Shown piece by piece: positions 50,398 through 59,867 of a stretch of 64,000 nt of DNA. Both the position numbers and the translations under genes were made by a program. Numbering within the stretch: position 1 is the first letter of the stretch; every line of letters begins with the position of its first letter. Under the pieces are notes generated by a model that saw only the letters and a list, made by a program, of their open reading frames with translations, did no database searches and was not told the origin of the DNA. Origin of the DNA: Eubacterium sp. CAG:251. GTDB taxonomy: Bacteria > Bacillota > Clostridia > Oscillospirales > Acutalibacteraceae. The stretch covers positions 112,741-176,740 of the forward strand of contig FR889161.1 of NCBI GenBank assembly GCA_000436835.1, given 5' to 3'.

Positions 50398-52305
50398 TTA
50401 TATATCTAAATTTTCTAAAATCAAGTCTGTAACTCTCTCACTTGATTTTCCGTCAAGGTCGTCAAAGAATTTGTTTTTAAATCCGTCAACCTTTTCGCTT
50501 TCAAAATCCTTTTTATTAATTGCATTTATAAGCTCGTTTTCACTGAAAACAATTTTTCCCGGAACAAATCCTTCAAAATCGTAATAGAAATCTCTGCTTG
50601 CTATGTAATCGTATAAATCAAAAGCATAAAACATCATAGGAATATTTAAAAGCGAAGCTTCAAAAATAACGCTTGAATAATCGGTTACAAGCAAATCGGT
50701 AACAAATAAAAGGTCGTTTAATTCGTCCTCGTCGCTCATATCAATTATCATATCGCTGTATTTTTCCGGAATTTCAAATCTTTCCTCGCAAAACGGGTGA
50801 AGCTTAATAAGTATTGCATATTCTCCGCCCAAGCCCTCGTATGCTTTTTCAATATCAAATGCGTCTGTCGGATAAAATGCACTCATTTGACCGTTGCCCC
50901 TAAAGGTAGGCGCAAAGAGCATTATTTTTTTATTTTTAAGTTGAGGATATCTTTCATAAAACGAAGAACGGATTTTACTTGCATATTCCTTGTCCATAAA
51001 TATATCGGTTCTCGGAATACCTGTTGCAACAACGTTTTCGTCACTTAATCCAAAGCCTTCGGCATAATGCTTCGCAATCTCCTGTGAACTTACTATTGCA
51101 TAGTCATACATTCTGTGGTTAGGGTCTGTTTGCTTAGGACCGCCCTTTTTGCCAAGACGTGTAAAGCCAAATGTCTTAAACGCTCCGCAGGCATGCCAAA
51201 GCTGAAAAAGCTTAATATCATCACGCTTTGTAACTAAATTCAAAAGCCTGAAATAGTCATCAACAATAACAACCTTTGACGTTGCATAAAGCTTGAGAAA
51301 TTTAATTATATTTTTAATTTTCCTGTGACCTGCCGGGTCGGAGAACATAAGAAATTTAAAATCAATGTCATCTCTGTCTTTTATAAGGTTATAAACAAAT
51401 TCGGGATTTCCGCCTATTTCGTCACGCCTGCCCGACATAAAGGTGATACGATTTTTAACAACAGGCTTTTTTGATAAAATTTTGTAATAAATTCTTGCAA
51501 GCTCATAGAGCGGCAGACGTATATTTTCAAGAAAATTATCCTTTTTAAAACTCGTTTTAATAAAAGACGAAACATTGATTTTGATTTGAACAAAAATGTT
51601 CTTTCCAATTCCTTCAATGTCTTGCGTTTTTCTTCTCGGCAAAATGTCAAGCGCTGCCAAAAAACCGTCAACAATGAAATATGGAAGCAAAACAACACTT
51701 AAAGAAATTCTTAAAACAAAGAAAAATAATCTTAAAAGAGGAACTATTATCACACTTTTTTCAACAAAATTCTTATTGTTTCTGCTTTCGGGAGTTTGAT
51801 GAATAATAAATTTGCTGTTTTCACAGTCAAAATCGAATGTGTAAATATTTTTAGGAGCCTTTCTGTCATTAATAAATTCCGACTCCTCCGAAAATACGGT
51901 TACACCGTCAAAACATTCATATTCAATATACTGCTCGTCAAGTTCAATATTCGGATTTTCAGTCAAAACGTTAGTGGAAACTGTGAACGGGACGCCTATA
52001 ACCTCATTGTCTCCGTAATAAAAGTCAATCCTGACATTTATGTCGTCTTTACAGTCGTAGTTATAATATATATCGTCAAGGTAAAATGAATAAGTGCAAA
52101 CAATGATGCACGAGTCACTCTGCTTTTGCCTGAAATAATTTGTTACAAGAAAAGGCAATCTTCTCGTTTTTTTGCCGCATTCAAAAATGATTTTTGCTTT
52201 TGGTGATGTGACATCAATGTCAAACGGACAGCTTATTGAAACTGAAATGTTAAGCTTGTCCCTTTCTATATTCATTTTGTTGATTATCATTTTGCAATCA
52301 AACAT
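50398..52305 (-). CDS. CDP-alcohol phosphotransferase of the TagF/TarL family with about 250-aa N-terminal extension
   Basis: C-terminal LWHACGAFKTFGF...TFRG Glyphos_transf signature. Confidence 0.8.
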   Translation of the reverse strand: MFDCKMIINKMNIERDKLNISVSISCPFDIDVTSPKAKIIFECGKKTRRLPFLVTNYFRQKQSDSCIIVCTYSFYLDDIYYNYDCKDDINVRIDFYYGDNEVIGVPFTVSTNVLTENPNIELDEQYIEYECFDGVTVFSEESEFINDRKAPKNIYTFDFDCENSKFIIHQTPESRNNKNFVEKSVIIVPLLRLFFFVLRISLSVVLLPYFIVDGFLAALDILPRRKTQDIEGIGKNIFVQIKINVSSFIKTSFKKDNFLENIRLPLYELARIYYKILSKKPVVKNRITFMSGRRDEIGGNPEFVYNLIKDRDDIDFKFLMFSDPAGHRKIKNIIKFLKLYATSKVVIVDDYFRLLNLVTKRDDIKLFQLWHACGAFKTFGFTRLGKKGGPKQTDPNHRMYDYAIVSSQEIAKHYAEGFGLSDENVVATGIPRTDIFMDKEYASKIRSSFYERYPQLKNKKIMLFAPTFRGNGQMSAFYPTDAFDIEKAYEGLGGEYAILIKLHPFCEERFEIPEKYSDMIIDMSDEDELNDLLFVTDLLVTDYSSVIFEASLLNIPMMFYAFDLYDYIASRDFYYDFEGFVPGKIVFSENELINAINKKDFESEKVDGFKNKFFDDLDGKSSERVTDLILENLDI

Positions 52306-53797
52306 TGTTATCTAAAAGCTCCTTTGTAAATTCAACAACATTCTTTGTGGCTTCGCCTGTTTTATCGCCAAAATATCTTTGCCTAAACGGTTTTACAAGT
52401 TCTTGATTATAATCCTCGTTATTGATTGAGTCTGTCATTTCATCGGTGTTTAAAACGATTTTTCCGGGAACGAATGACGCAAAGTTGCAATAAAAATCCC
52501 TGTCCCTGCTGTATTCATTAAGGTCGAAAGCAAAAAACAGCATAGGCACGTTAACAATAGACGCTTCAAAAATAACGCTTGAATAATCGGTAATAAGCAA
52601 ATCACTGACAAATAAGAGGTCGTTTACATCATATTTTGAAGTGAGGTCAATTAATCTGTCTTTATATTTGGCACTGCAGGTTGGCCTCTCTGAAAGATAT
52701 GGGTGCATCTTAACTGCAATTACCCAATCGTCGCTGATTTTATCAAATATTTTGTCAACTTCAAATTTTTCAATAGGATAAAAGCAATTGCCCATACCGC
52801 CGCCACGGAAAGTCGGAGCAAATAAAAGTATCTTTTTTCCCTTAAATTCAGGATTTTCTTTATAAAATCTTTTTTTGAATCTTTTTTTGTAGTTCTCATC
52901 TTCAAGCACATCGCATCTCGGCGAACCTAAGGCGATAACTTTATCCATTGAAACACCGAAACCCTCGGCATAATAAGGTATAACCTCATTGGAGCTTACA
53001 ATAACGTAGTCGTACTGCCTGTGGTTAGGGGAACTTTGGCGAAGATAGCTGTCACGACCGAGCCTTGAAAAGCCAAATGTCTTAAACGCACCGCAAGCGT
53101 GCCAAAGCTGAATAAGCTTAACGTCATCTTTTTTCTTTAGATAAGAAAGAAAATGATAATAGTCGTCAACAAAAACTACCGAACTTGTTGCATAAAGCTT
53201 GAAAAACTTGAACAGGTTAGGTAAATTTGCCTTTAATCCGCCTTTTTTGCAAAGTACGGTTATGTCAACATTGTTTAATTTGGTCATCTCAAAAAAGACC
53301 GATTTTATGTTTCCTGTCAATCTGTCGGAACGGTTGGATAAAAAAGTAACCTTGTTAGGCTGAACTTTCATTTTGCGATACGGCAAAAACATAGCCGACA
53401 TCAAAGCCGTAACAATCATTTTTGAGCGCTCTCTTTTGCTGCTTGAAAAGAAATGAGAAAGTATATTTTTCTTTTTAATCGGGATAATCAATTCTTTTTC
53501 CGGTTTAACAATAATGCTTTCTCCATTGCCGTCACTGAAAAGAAAATTTACTCTTACATTTTGACTTTTCCTGTTGTTATAAAATAAAAAAGGAGTGTCA
53601 AAAATACCTATTGCAATTGCCTTGTTTTTGTTGCAAGATTTTAAATCCATAGGTAATATTCTGTTGTCGTTTTCGCCATAAAAGCAAGCGGAAATTCTCG
53701 GATAATAAAGCTCTTTGTCACCCTCGAGCTCCGCCGTTAATTCAACATAATTGTTCGTCACATTCAAATTGACTATGTTTATTTTATAGTCACCCAT
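52298..53797 (-). CDS. TagF/TagB-family CDP-glycerol/ribitol phosphotransferase
   Basis: LWHACGAFKTFGF and FAPTFRGGG signature motifs. Start at MGDYKINIV with GAGGG RBS. The 53854 extension consists of a leader hairpin. Confidence 0.8.
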   Translation of the reverse strand: MGDYKINIVNLNVTNNYVELTAELEGDKELYYPRISACFYGENDNRILPMDLKSCNKNKAIAIGIFDTPFLFYNNRKSQNVRVNFLFSDGNGESIIVKPEKELIIPIKKKNILSHFFSSSKRERSKMIVTALMSAMFLPYRKMKVQPNKVTFLSNRSDRLTGNIKSVFFEMTKLNNVDITVLCKKGGLKANLPNLFKFFKLYATSSVVFVDDYYHFLSYLKKKDDVKLIQLWHACGAFKTFGFSRLGRDSYLRQSSPNHRQYDYVIVSSNEVIPYYAEGFGVSMDKVIALGSPRCDVLEDENYKKRFKKRFYKENPEFKGKKILLFAPTFRGGGMGNCFYPIEKFEVDKIFDKISDDWVIAVKMHPYLSERPTCSAKYKDRLIDLTSKYDVNDLLFVSDLLITDYSSVIFEASIVNVPMLFFAFDLNEYSRDRDFYCNFASFVPGKIVLNTDEMTDSINNEDYNQELVKPFRQRYFGDKTGEATKNVVEFTKELLDNNV

Positions 53798-53824
53798 ATA
53801 AAACCCTCGTGTAAAACCCAAAAT

Positions 53825-53895
53825 AATGAGATTTGAAAAGTTGCAAAATCTCATTTTAACTTATATATAATATCACATTAATTAGTTCTTGTCTA
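53825..53895 (-). promoter_or_regulatory. Promoter (TAGACA-N17-TATTAT, minus strand) plus leader terminator-like hairpin for the teichoic-acid operon
   Basis: Reverse complement of 53890-53895 is TAGACA and of 53867-53872 is TATTAT. The hairpin AAUGAGAUUU...AAAUCUCAUU is followed by AUUAUUUUGGGUUUU, about 25 nt upstream of the RBS. Confidence 0.4.
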
Positions 53896-53940
53896 TAAAA
53901 TAAATATAATAATTTTATTACATTTATGCATTAAAAGCTA

Positions 53941-53975
53941 AAAAAATAAGACTATCGTTTTAAACGACAGTCTTA
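53941..53975 (-). terminator. Rho-independent terminator after marR (minus strand)
   Basis: AAGACTGTCGTTTAAAACGATAGTCTT followed by T7. Confidence 0.7.
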
Positions 53976-53993
53976 TCAGCTGATTTTTATTTT

Positions 53994-54467
53994 TTAAAAG
54001 ATATCCCTTGATAAATCGTTGCGTATTCTCTCGCTGTTTTTCTTCATAGTATCAAGAACCTTGACGAATGTACTCATCTCGTTATCGGTAATATTGCTTG
54101 CAAGGTCATAGAAAAAGTGAGTAATTTCCTTAGAACACGCCTCGTTAATCATTTCAGCCGCAGGGGTCGGCACAACCTTTTTCAGCCTTGCGTCAATAAT
54201 TACGCTTTTGCGCTCAATTAATCCCTCGCTTTCAAGCTGCTTAAGAATTGTTGAAACCGTAGAACGGCTTAAATCAAATTCACGCTCAATATCTCTTTGA
54301 AAAATATTCTTATCCTTATTTTCACACAGATATGAAATAATATATCCGTTTGCTGCACCGAGCATATTCGGATATGCCTTTTTTTGTATTTCGGTTGAGC
54401 GATGGTCATAAAAGTTAGAAACCGCTATTAAATTTGAGCCTATTTTGCTTGCGTTAAATTCGTCCAA
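53994..54467 (-). CDS. MarR-family transcriptional regulator
   Basis: A winged HTH containing RSTVSTILKQLESEGLIERK. Confidence 0.85.
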   Translation of the reverse strand: MDEFNASKIGSNLIAVSNFYDHRSTEIQKKAYPNMLGAANGYIISYLCENKDKNIFQRDIEREFDLSRSTVSTILKQLESEGLIERKSVIIDARLKKVVPTPAAEMINEACSKEITHFFYDLASNITDNEMSTFVKVLDTMKKNSERIRNDLSRDIF

Positions 54468-54578
54468 TTTTAGTGCCTCCGTATTCTTACAATGCTATTT
54501 TAATATATTTTCTTTTTTATATCAATAAAAATATTCAAAATTTTTGCTAAATTTTGACAAACTTGTTATTTATTCACG

Positions 54579-54607
54579 TTGACAATTATGTTTATTGTTG
54601 GTATACT
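54579..54607 (+). promoter_or_regulatory. Sigma-A promoter TTGACA-N17-TATACT for zapA
   Basis: -35 at 54579-54584 and -10 at 54602-54607. Confidence 0.5.
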
Positions 54608-54650
54608 TATTGAGTAGAAATATGTCGATTTTTTGAAGGTGTGAGTGATT

Positions 54651-55001
54651 ATGACAAAAAATAAAGTTCATGTAAAAATAGGCGGCGCAAGTTATACAAT
54701 CGTGACTGAGGATGAGGCGGAATATGTCGAGGCTCTTGCTGACGAAATAAGCGAGAATATGAGAGCTATTATTAATTCAAATCCTTCTCTTTCAATGACT
54801 CAGGCGGCTGTTCTTGTTGCACTTGATAATGCCGATGCAAGCAAAAAGGCTACTGCATCTGCCGATAATCTTCGTGCTCAAATTAAAGATTATCTTGAGG
54901 ACAGCGCAAGGGCAAGAATGGAGGTTGACGTTGCAAGACGTGAGGTTGAGCGTCTTAACCGTGAAATCTCCGATTTAAGAGATAAGCTTGCCGCAAAATA
55001 A
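54651..55001 (+). CDS. zapA: Cell division protein ZapA
   Basis: KVHVKIGGASYTIVTEDEAEYVEALADEI followed by a C-terminal coiled coil. Confidence 0.85.
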   Translation: MTKNKVHVKIGGASYTIVTEDEAEYVEALADEISENMRAIINSNPSLSMTQAAVLVALDNADASKKATASADNLRAQIKDYLEDSARARMEVDVARREVERLNREISDLRDKLAAK

Positions 55002-55025
55002 ATCTATTTTTATTGAGAGAAAATT

Positions 55026-57026
55026 ATGAATTTTGAAGTTTTGGCTCCTGCCGGTAGCATGGAGTCGCTTATTGCCGGTGTGCGCAGCGGCGCTAATGCG
55101 ATTTATCTTGGTGGTAAATCCTTTAACGCCAGGCGCAATGCCGGCAATTTTGATAATGAAGAGCTTAAAAGAGCGGTTGAATATTGCCACAGCCACGGTG
55201 TCAAGGTTTACTTAACACTTAATATTCTTGTACGTGACGACGAGATGGAAAATGCGTATAACACGGTTAGAGATGCGCTTTTATGCGGCGTTGACGCATT
55301 TATTGTTCAGGATATCGGCGTTGCAAAAATGATTAGAGAGCATTTTCAAAGCGCAAGGCTTCACGGCTCAACACAAATGAGTATTATGACGCCAAACGGA
55401 GCAAAAGCGGCAAAGGAAATGGGCTTTTCACGTATTGTTTTGCCGAGAGAAATGAACCTTGAGGAAATTAAAGAAATAAGGGAAAGCACAGATTTGGAAC
55501 TTGAACTTTTTGTTCACGGGGCACTTTGTATGTCTGTTTCGGGTCAATGCTATCTTTCAAGCGTTATCGGCTCAAGAAGCGGAAACAGGGGGCTTTGCGC
55601 TCAGCCGTGCCGCTTGCCGTTTACCGCCGGTGGAAATGCTAATCACGCTTTATCTCTTAAGGATTTAAGCCTAATCGGCGAACTTGACAAACTTGACGGA
55701 ATAACAAGTCTTAAAATTGAGGGCAGAATGAAAAGACCGGAGTATGTTTCGGCGGCTGTCAGCGCAGTTAAAAAGGCGATTGACGGCGAATACTCATCAA
55801 GTGATGAATTTATGCTTAGAAGTGTTTTTTCACGCAGCGGTTTTACAAACGGATATCTCAATTCCAAACTCGGCAAAAATATGTTTGGAACAAGGCAAAA
55901 GGAAGATGTTGTTGCAGCGAATAATGTTTTAAAGGAAATAGCAAGAAATTATGAAAAGGAAACGCCGTTAATCCCACTTGATATATTCTTTAAATGCCAT
56001 GATAATGAAAAAGCGGTGTTGATTGCCAAAAGTGATAAAAAAGAGGTTACCGTTATAGGCGATGTGCCTGAAAAAGCAATTAATAAGCCTATGAGTGAGG
56101 AAAGCTTAAAAGAAAGGCTTTCAAAATTCGGAGGTACGCAATATTTTTCAAAAAATATTGAAATCAATCTTGACGACGGTCTTATTTTGCCCGCTTCAAA
56201 GATTAATGAAATGCGAAGAAATGCCGTTTCAAAGCTTGATGAGCAGGAAAAAATCGAACTGCAATATAAGCCGTTTAATGTTTTCCTTCCAAAATATAAT
56301 CAGCGTGATAAGCCTTATGCCACGGCATCTTTTTCAAATGCAAGTCAAATACCCGATAATCACCCGTTTGAGCGTGTGTTTATACCTGTTAATTCCTCGC
56401 TTGAGGATTTTGTTGATAACAGGGCAGGAGTTGTTTTGCCGAGAGGGCTTTTTGGAATTGAACGAGAACTTAAAATAAGGCTTGAAAAGTTGAAAAAAGC
56501 CGGAGTCAATAAGGCGCTTTGCGGCAACATAGGTTCATATACCCTTTGCAAAGATATGGGCTTTGAGGTTTACGGCGACTTTGGTCTTAATGTTTTTAAC
56601 TCTCTTAGCGCAAACCAAATCGACCACCCGATTTTGTCCTTTGAGCTTACGCAATCACAAATTAATAATATTAATGCACGTGACAAGGGTATGATTGTAT
56701 ACGGTTATTTGCCGCTTATGCTTAATCGCAATTGCCCTGTTAAAAATGATATAGGCTGTTTTGAATGTGATAAGCACGGCAGGCTGACGGACAGAAAGGG
56801 TATGGAATTTCCTGTTATGTGCAGTGATTTTCCTTGCGTTGAAATGCTTAATTGCCATCCGCTTTATATGCTTGACAGGCTTGATGAAGTCAAAACTGAT
56901 TTCATTCATTTCTATTTTTCAATTGAAAGCAAAAAGCAGGTTGAAAAAGTTATTGCTCTTTATGAAAACAGAGAAAAGCCTGATTTTAAATATACGAGAG
57001 GGCTTTATCAAAGAGGTACTTTATAA
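55026..57026 (+). CDS. Peptidase U32 family protein (collagenase-like/RlhA-TrhP-type) with C-terminal DUF3656-like region
   Basis: N-terminal LAPAGSMESLIAGVRSGANAIYLGG followed by HGVKVYLTLN and E...C motifs, at 666 aa. Confidence 0.85.
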   Translation: MNFEVLAPAGSMESLIAGVRSGANAIYLGGKSFNARRNAGNFDNEELKRAVEYCHSHGVKVYLTLNILVRDDEMENAYNTVRDALLCGVDAFIVQDIGVAKMIREHFQSARLHGSTQMSIMTPNGAKAAKEMGFSRIVLPREMNLEEIKEIRESTDLELELFVHGALCMSVSGQCYLSSVIGSRSGNRGLCAQPCRLPFTAGGNANHALSLKDLSLIGELDKLDGITSLKIEGRMKRPEYVSAAVSAVKKAIDGEYSSSDEFMLRSVFSRSGFTNGYLNSKLGKNMFGTRQKEDVVAANNVLKEIARNYEKETPLIPLDIFFKCHDNEKAVLIAKSDKKEVTVIGDVPEKAINKPMSEESLKERLSKFGGTQYFSKNIEINLDDGLILPASKINEMRRNAVSKLDEQEKIELQYKPFNVFLPKYNQRDKPYATASFSNASQIPDNHPFERVFIPVNSSLEDFVDNRAGVVLPRGLFGIERELKIRLEKLKKAGVNKALCGNIGSYTLCKDMGFEVYGDFGLNVFNSLSANQIDHPILSFELTQSQINNINARDKGMIVYGYLPLMLNRNCPVKNDIGCFECDKHGRLTDRKGMEFPVMCSDFPCVEMLNCHPLYMLDRLDEVKTDFIHFYFSIESKKQVEKVIALYENREKPDFKYTRGLYQRGTL

Positions 57027-57568
57027 TGATTATTTTAGCGTCAAAATCACCGAGAAGAAAAGAACTTTTGTCACTTATAACAGATGATTTTACAGTTGAC
57101 AGCGCAGAGGTTGACGAAACGCTTCCGTGCGATATCGAACCTGATAAAGCGGTCGAATATTTGTCTAAAATCAAGGCTCAGCCATTTAGAAAAAGCGGAA
57201 AAATCGTTATCGGTGCGGATACGGTTGTTGCAATTGACGGCAAAATTTTAGGCAAGCCGAAGAATGAAAAGGATGCTTTTTTAATGCTTAAAAATTTGAG
57301 CGGTAAAGAGCATAGTGTATTTACAGGAGTCACCGTTATAAAAAATGATAAAGAAGTGACATTCAGCGTCCAAACCAAGGTTAAATTTTTTGAACTTGAT
57401 GACAGGGAAATTGAGGATTATATTTCAAGCGGGGAACCGTTTGATAAGGCAGGCGCTTACGGTATTCAAGGCAAGGGGTCGCTTTTTGTTGAAAAAATCG
57501 ACGGCGATTATTTTAATGTTGTCGGTTTGCCGATCAGCCGCCTTGCAAGGCAACTGAAAAGCATTTAA
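57026..57568 (+). CDS. maf: Maf-family nucleoside triphosphate pyrophosphatase (septum-formation protein)
   Basis: ILASKSPRRKELL and GADTVV motifs. Confidence 0.9.
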   Translation: MIILASKSPRRKELLSLITDDFTVDSAEVDETLPCDIEPDKAVEYLSKIKAQPFRKSGKIVIGADTVVAIDGKILGKPKNEKDAFLMLKNLSGKEHSVFTGVTVIKNDKEVTFSVQTKVKFFELDDREIEDYISSGEPFDKAGAYGIQGKGSLFVEKIDGDYFNVVGLPISRLARQLKSI

Positions 57569-57796
57569 TGACTTAAATGTTTTTCTTTTTACAAATAGTT
57601 GTTAAAAAAAGTAATAATTGTCTAAAATAAACTTGAAAAAAGAAAAAAACTGTGTTATCCTATATGTTGAGGGACAAACTGCTGTTTTACCCGCTGTAAT
57701 ATATATGGTTACAGTGAAGATGATTAATCTACAGTTATTACCTAAAAATTATACTATAGGCAGTTTATATGTCTATTAAATCGAAAGGAGATTGTT

Positions 57797-58684
57797 ATGG
57801 CAGCAGATTTACATTGTCATACAAAACTCAGCGACGGATCTGTTGGTATAGAAGACCTTATTGTTATAGCTCAAAAGAGCGGTATCGAAACTATTGCCAT
57901 AACAGACCACGATTGTCTTGCAGGTACAGTTAGGGGGCAGGTTATCGGTAAGCGCTACGGCGTAAACGTTATTCCGGGAGTGGAACTTTCCTCATTTGAT
58001 AATAATGCAGGCAAAAAGGTTCATATTCTTTGTTATCTTGCCGATACTCCGGACAGGCTTGAGGGGCTTTGCAAGCGTACTTCGGTTGCACGTAAAAGAG
58101 CAGGTCAGATAATGATGCTTAAGGTTGCGGCAAGATTTCCGATTTCAACCGAATTTATTATCAGCCACGCTTCAGGCTCGACAAACCTTTATAAGCAACA
58201 TATTATGCATGCACTTATGGATGCCGGATATACAAATCAAATATTCGGCGACCTTTATAATGCGCTTTTCTCACCTGACAGTGAAACAAATCTTTTGGCT
58301 CCTACCAAATATCCGGACGTCAAAGAGGTTATTGATGAAATTCACGGTGCAGGCGGCATTGCCGTTCTTGCTCACCCCGCTTTTCTTGACAATTTTGACG
58401 AGATTGACGATTATATTGAAATGGGGCTTGACGGAATTGAGGTTTGGCACCCGTCTGCTACAGATGAGGATATTGAAATGCTTGGCAGTATTTGCAAAAA
58501 GCATAAGCTTCTTATGACGGGCGGTTCTGATTTCCACGGAATTTACGGTTCATCTACAGTTACACTCGGAACGTGCACAACACCTGATGAGCATCTTGAT
58601 AAATTAATGGGCTACAAGGCAAAGAAAAAAAGAGCTCAGCGCAAGGCAGAAAAGGAAGCACTTGCAAATGCGGCAAAGCTCTGA
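57797..58684 (+). CDS. PHP-domain phosphoesterase (TrpH/YciV-like)
   Basis: DLHCHTKLSDG and ITDHD histidine-rich metal-binding motifs. RBS AAAGGAG. Confidence 0.8.
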   Translation: MAADLHCHTKLSDGSVGIEDLIVIAQKSGIETIAITDHDCLAGTVRGQVIGKRYGVNVIPGVELSSFDNNAGKKVHILCYLADTPDRLEGLCKRTSVARKRAGQIMMLKVAARFPISTEFIISHASGSTNLYKQHIMHALMDAGYTNQIFGDLYNALFSPDSETNLLAPTKYPDVKEVIDEIHGAGGIAVLAHPAFLDNFDEIDDYIEMGLDGIEVWHPSATDEDIEMLGSICKKHKLLMTGGSDFHGIYGSSTVTLGTCTTPDEHLDKLMGYKAKKKRAQRKAEKEALANAAKL

Positions 58685-58732
58685 TATTTTGTATGACTCC
58701 TCCAACGCAGTTGGGGGATTTTTTTATAATAT

Positions 58733-58776
58733 AAAATAACCGCCAAACCTTTCGAAAAGGTCAGCGGTTATTTTTA
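58733..58776 (+). terminator. Rho-independent terminator
   Basis: AACCGCCAAACCTTTCGAAAAGGTCAGCGGTT followed by ATTTTT. Confidence 0.6.
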
Positions 58777-58822
58777 ATAACTTCTTAATGGTTGACAGCC
58801 AGCCGTTTTTTAAGTTTTTGAT

Positions 58823-59680
58823 TTATTTAGTCTTTGAAGGCACATAGTCAAAACTTGAAGCGTTGTAGCCGAAATATTTTTCAACCATAGGGGTAAATTC
58901 GTCCTTGTCGTTGTAATCCGGACTTTTAAGTTCATAAATTGCTTCGTTCCAATTTTCAACAACCCAATCGCCTTTTTTGAACATAAACGCATATGATATT
59001 TTATCAAGTTCGCCGTTTAATACTTGATATTTTTCTGCATTTTCAAGCGGTGAGAAGTTGAATTCGTCTGTAATTACTGCGTCAACACTGCCGTTGTCAA
59101 GGGCGGAAAGCGCATCCTCAATTGTAGGGTAAAGAGTATTTTTGTTGTTGTTTTTAATTGTGGCGTTTTTATCAAGTGCAGCTTTTGCAATGTCGGTAAC
59201 TACCGCAAGCTTTTTGCCTGAAAGGTCGTTGTAGTCGGAAATGTTGTTGCCTGATTTGGTAACGGTGATAATCCTGTTTGTGATGATATCGTTAGTGAAA
59301 CTGAAATCCTCATTTACTGAGCCGACATTTTTTTGAACAGCGCCAATCATAGTGTAAGCAATAAATTCGTCGCCGTCTTTGTTTGTATAAGCAACATCGT
59401 CGCCAACCTTGTAATCCTTGTCAACTTTTACGAATTCGTAATTTTTTGTATCGTTTTTAACGTTATCATAGATTTTCTTAAACAAATCAATATCAAAGCC
59501 TGCGAGCTTGCCGTTCTTGCCTTTGTAAAGGAAAGGCTCAACCTCGTCGGTGTAGGCAATAAGCATTGTTTTATCCGTTATTTTGTCAGCTTCGCCGCTT
59601 TTTGAACAGCCTGCAAATGCACTTGCAATAAGTATGCCGCATAATGCAATTGCAAATATTTTTTTAAAAACTTTCATATT
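58823..59680 (-). CDS. ABC transporter substrate-binding lipoprotein (family-3, amino-acid type); orphan with no adjacent permease or ATPase
   Basis: Lipobox ASAFAGCS and type-II periplasmic-binding-protein fold motifs. Start at MKVFKK with RBS AGAAAGG. Confidence 0.75.
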   Translation of the reverse strand, partial: NMKVFKKIFAIALCGILIASAFAGCSKSGEADKITDKTMLIAYTDEVEPFLYKGKNGKLAGFDIDLFKKIYDNVKNDTKNYEFVKVDKDYKVGDDVAYTNKDGDEFIAYTMIGAVQKNVGSVNEDFSFTNDIITNRIITVTKSGNNISDYNDLSGKKLAVVTDIAKAALDKNATIKNNNKNTLYPTIEDALSALDNGSVDAVITDEFNFSPLENAEKYQVLNGELDKISYAFMFKKGDWVVENWNEAIYELKSPDYNDKDEFTPMVEKYFGYNASSFDYVPSKTK

Positions 59681-59795
59681 CTTCAACCTTTCTGCCAAAA
59701 CAGATTTCATATAAACTATACTTAATTTTATATTATTGAGGGTATAAAGTCAACAAATTTATTTAATTAATCAAAAACTAATTTTATATGTGCGA

Positions 59796-59823
59796 TTGAC
59801 AAATCAATATTATAAGAGTAAAA
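59796..59823 (+). promoter_or_regulatory. Sigma-A promoter TTGACA-N16-TAAAAT for ilvA-ridA
   Basis: -35 at 59796-59801 and -10 at 59818-59823. Confidence 0.45.
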
Positions 59824-59867
59824 TGGCGAGTGAACATTATTTTATAGTTTATCAAGAGGAAAAAAAG

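Noticed and set aside
53798-53854. N-terminal extension of the first TagF-family gene (MRFCNFSNLIILGFTRGFY)
   Set aside because: It is composed of the leader hairpin sequence, and a GAGGG RBS precedes MGDYKINIV.
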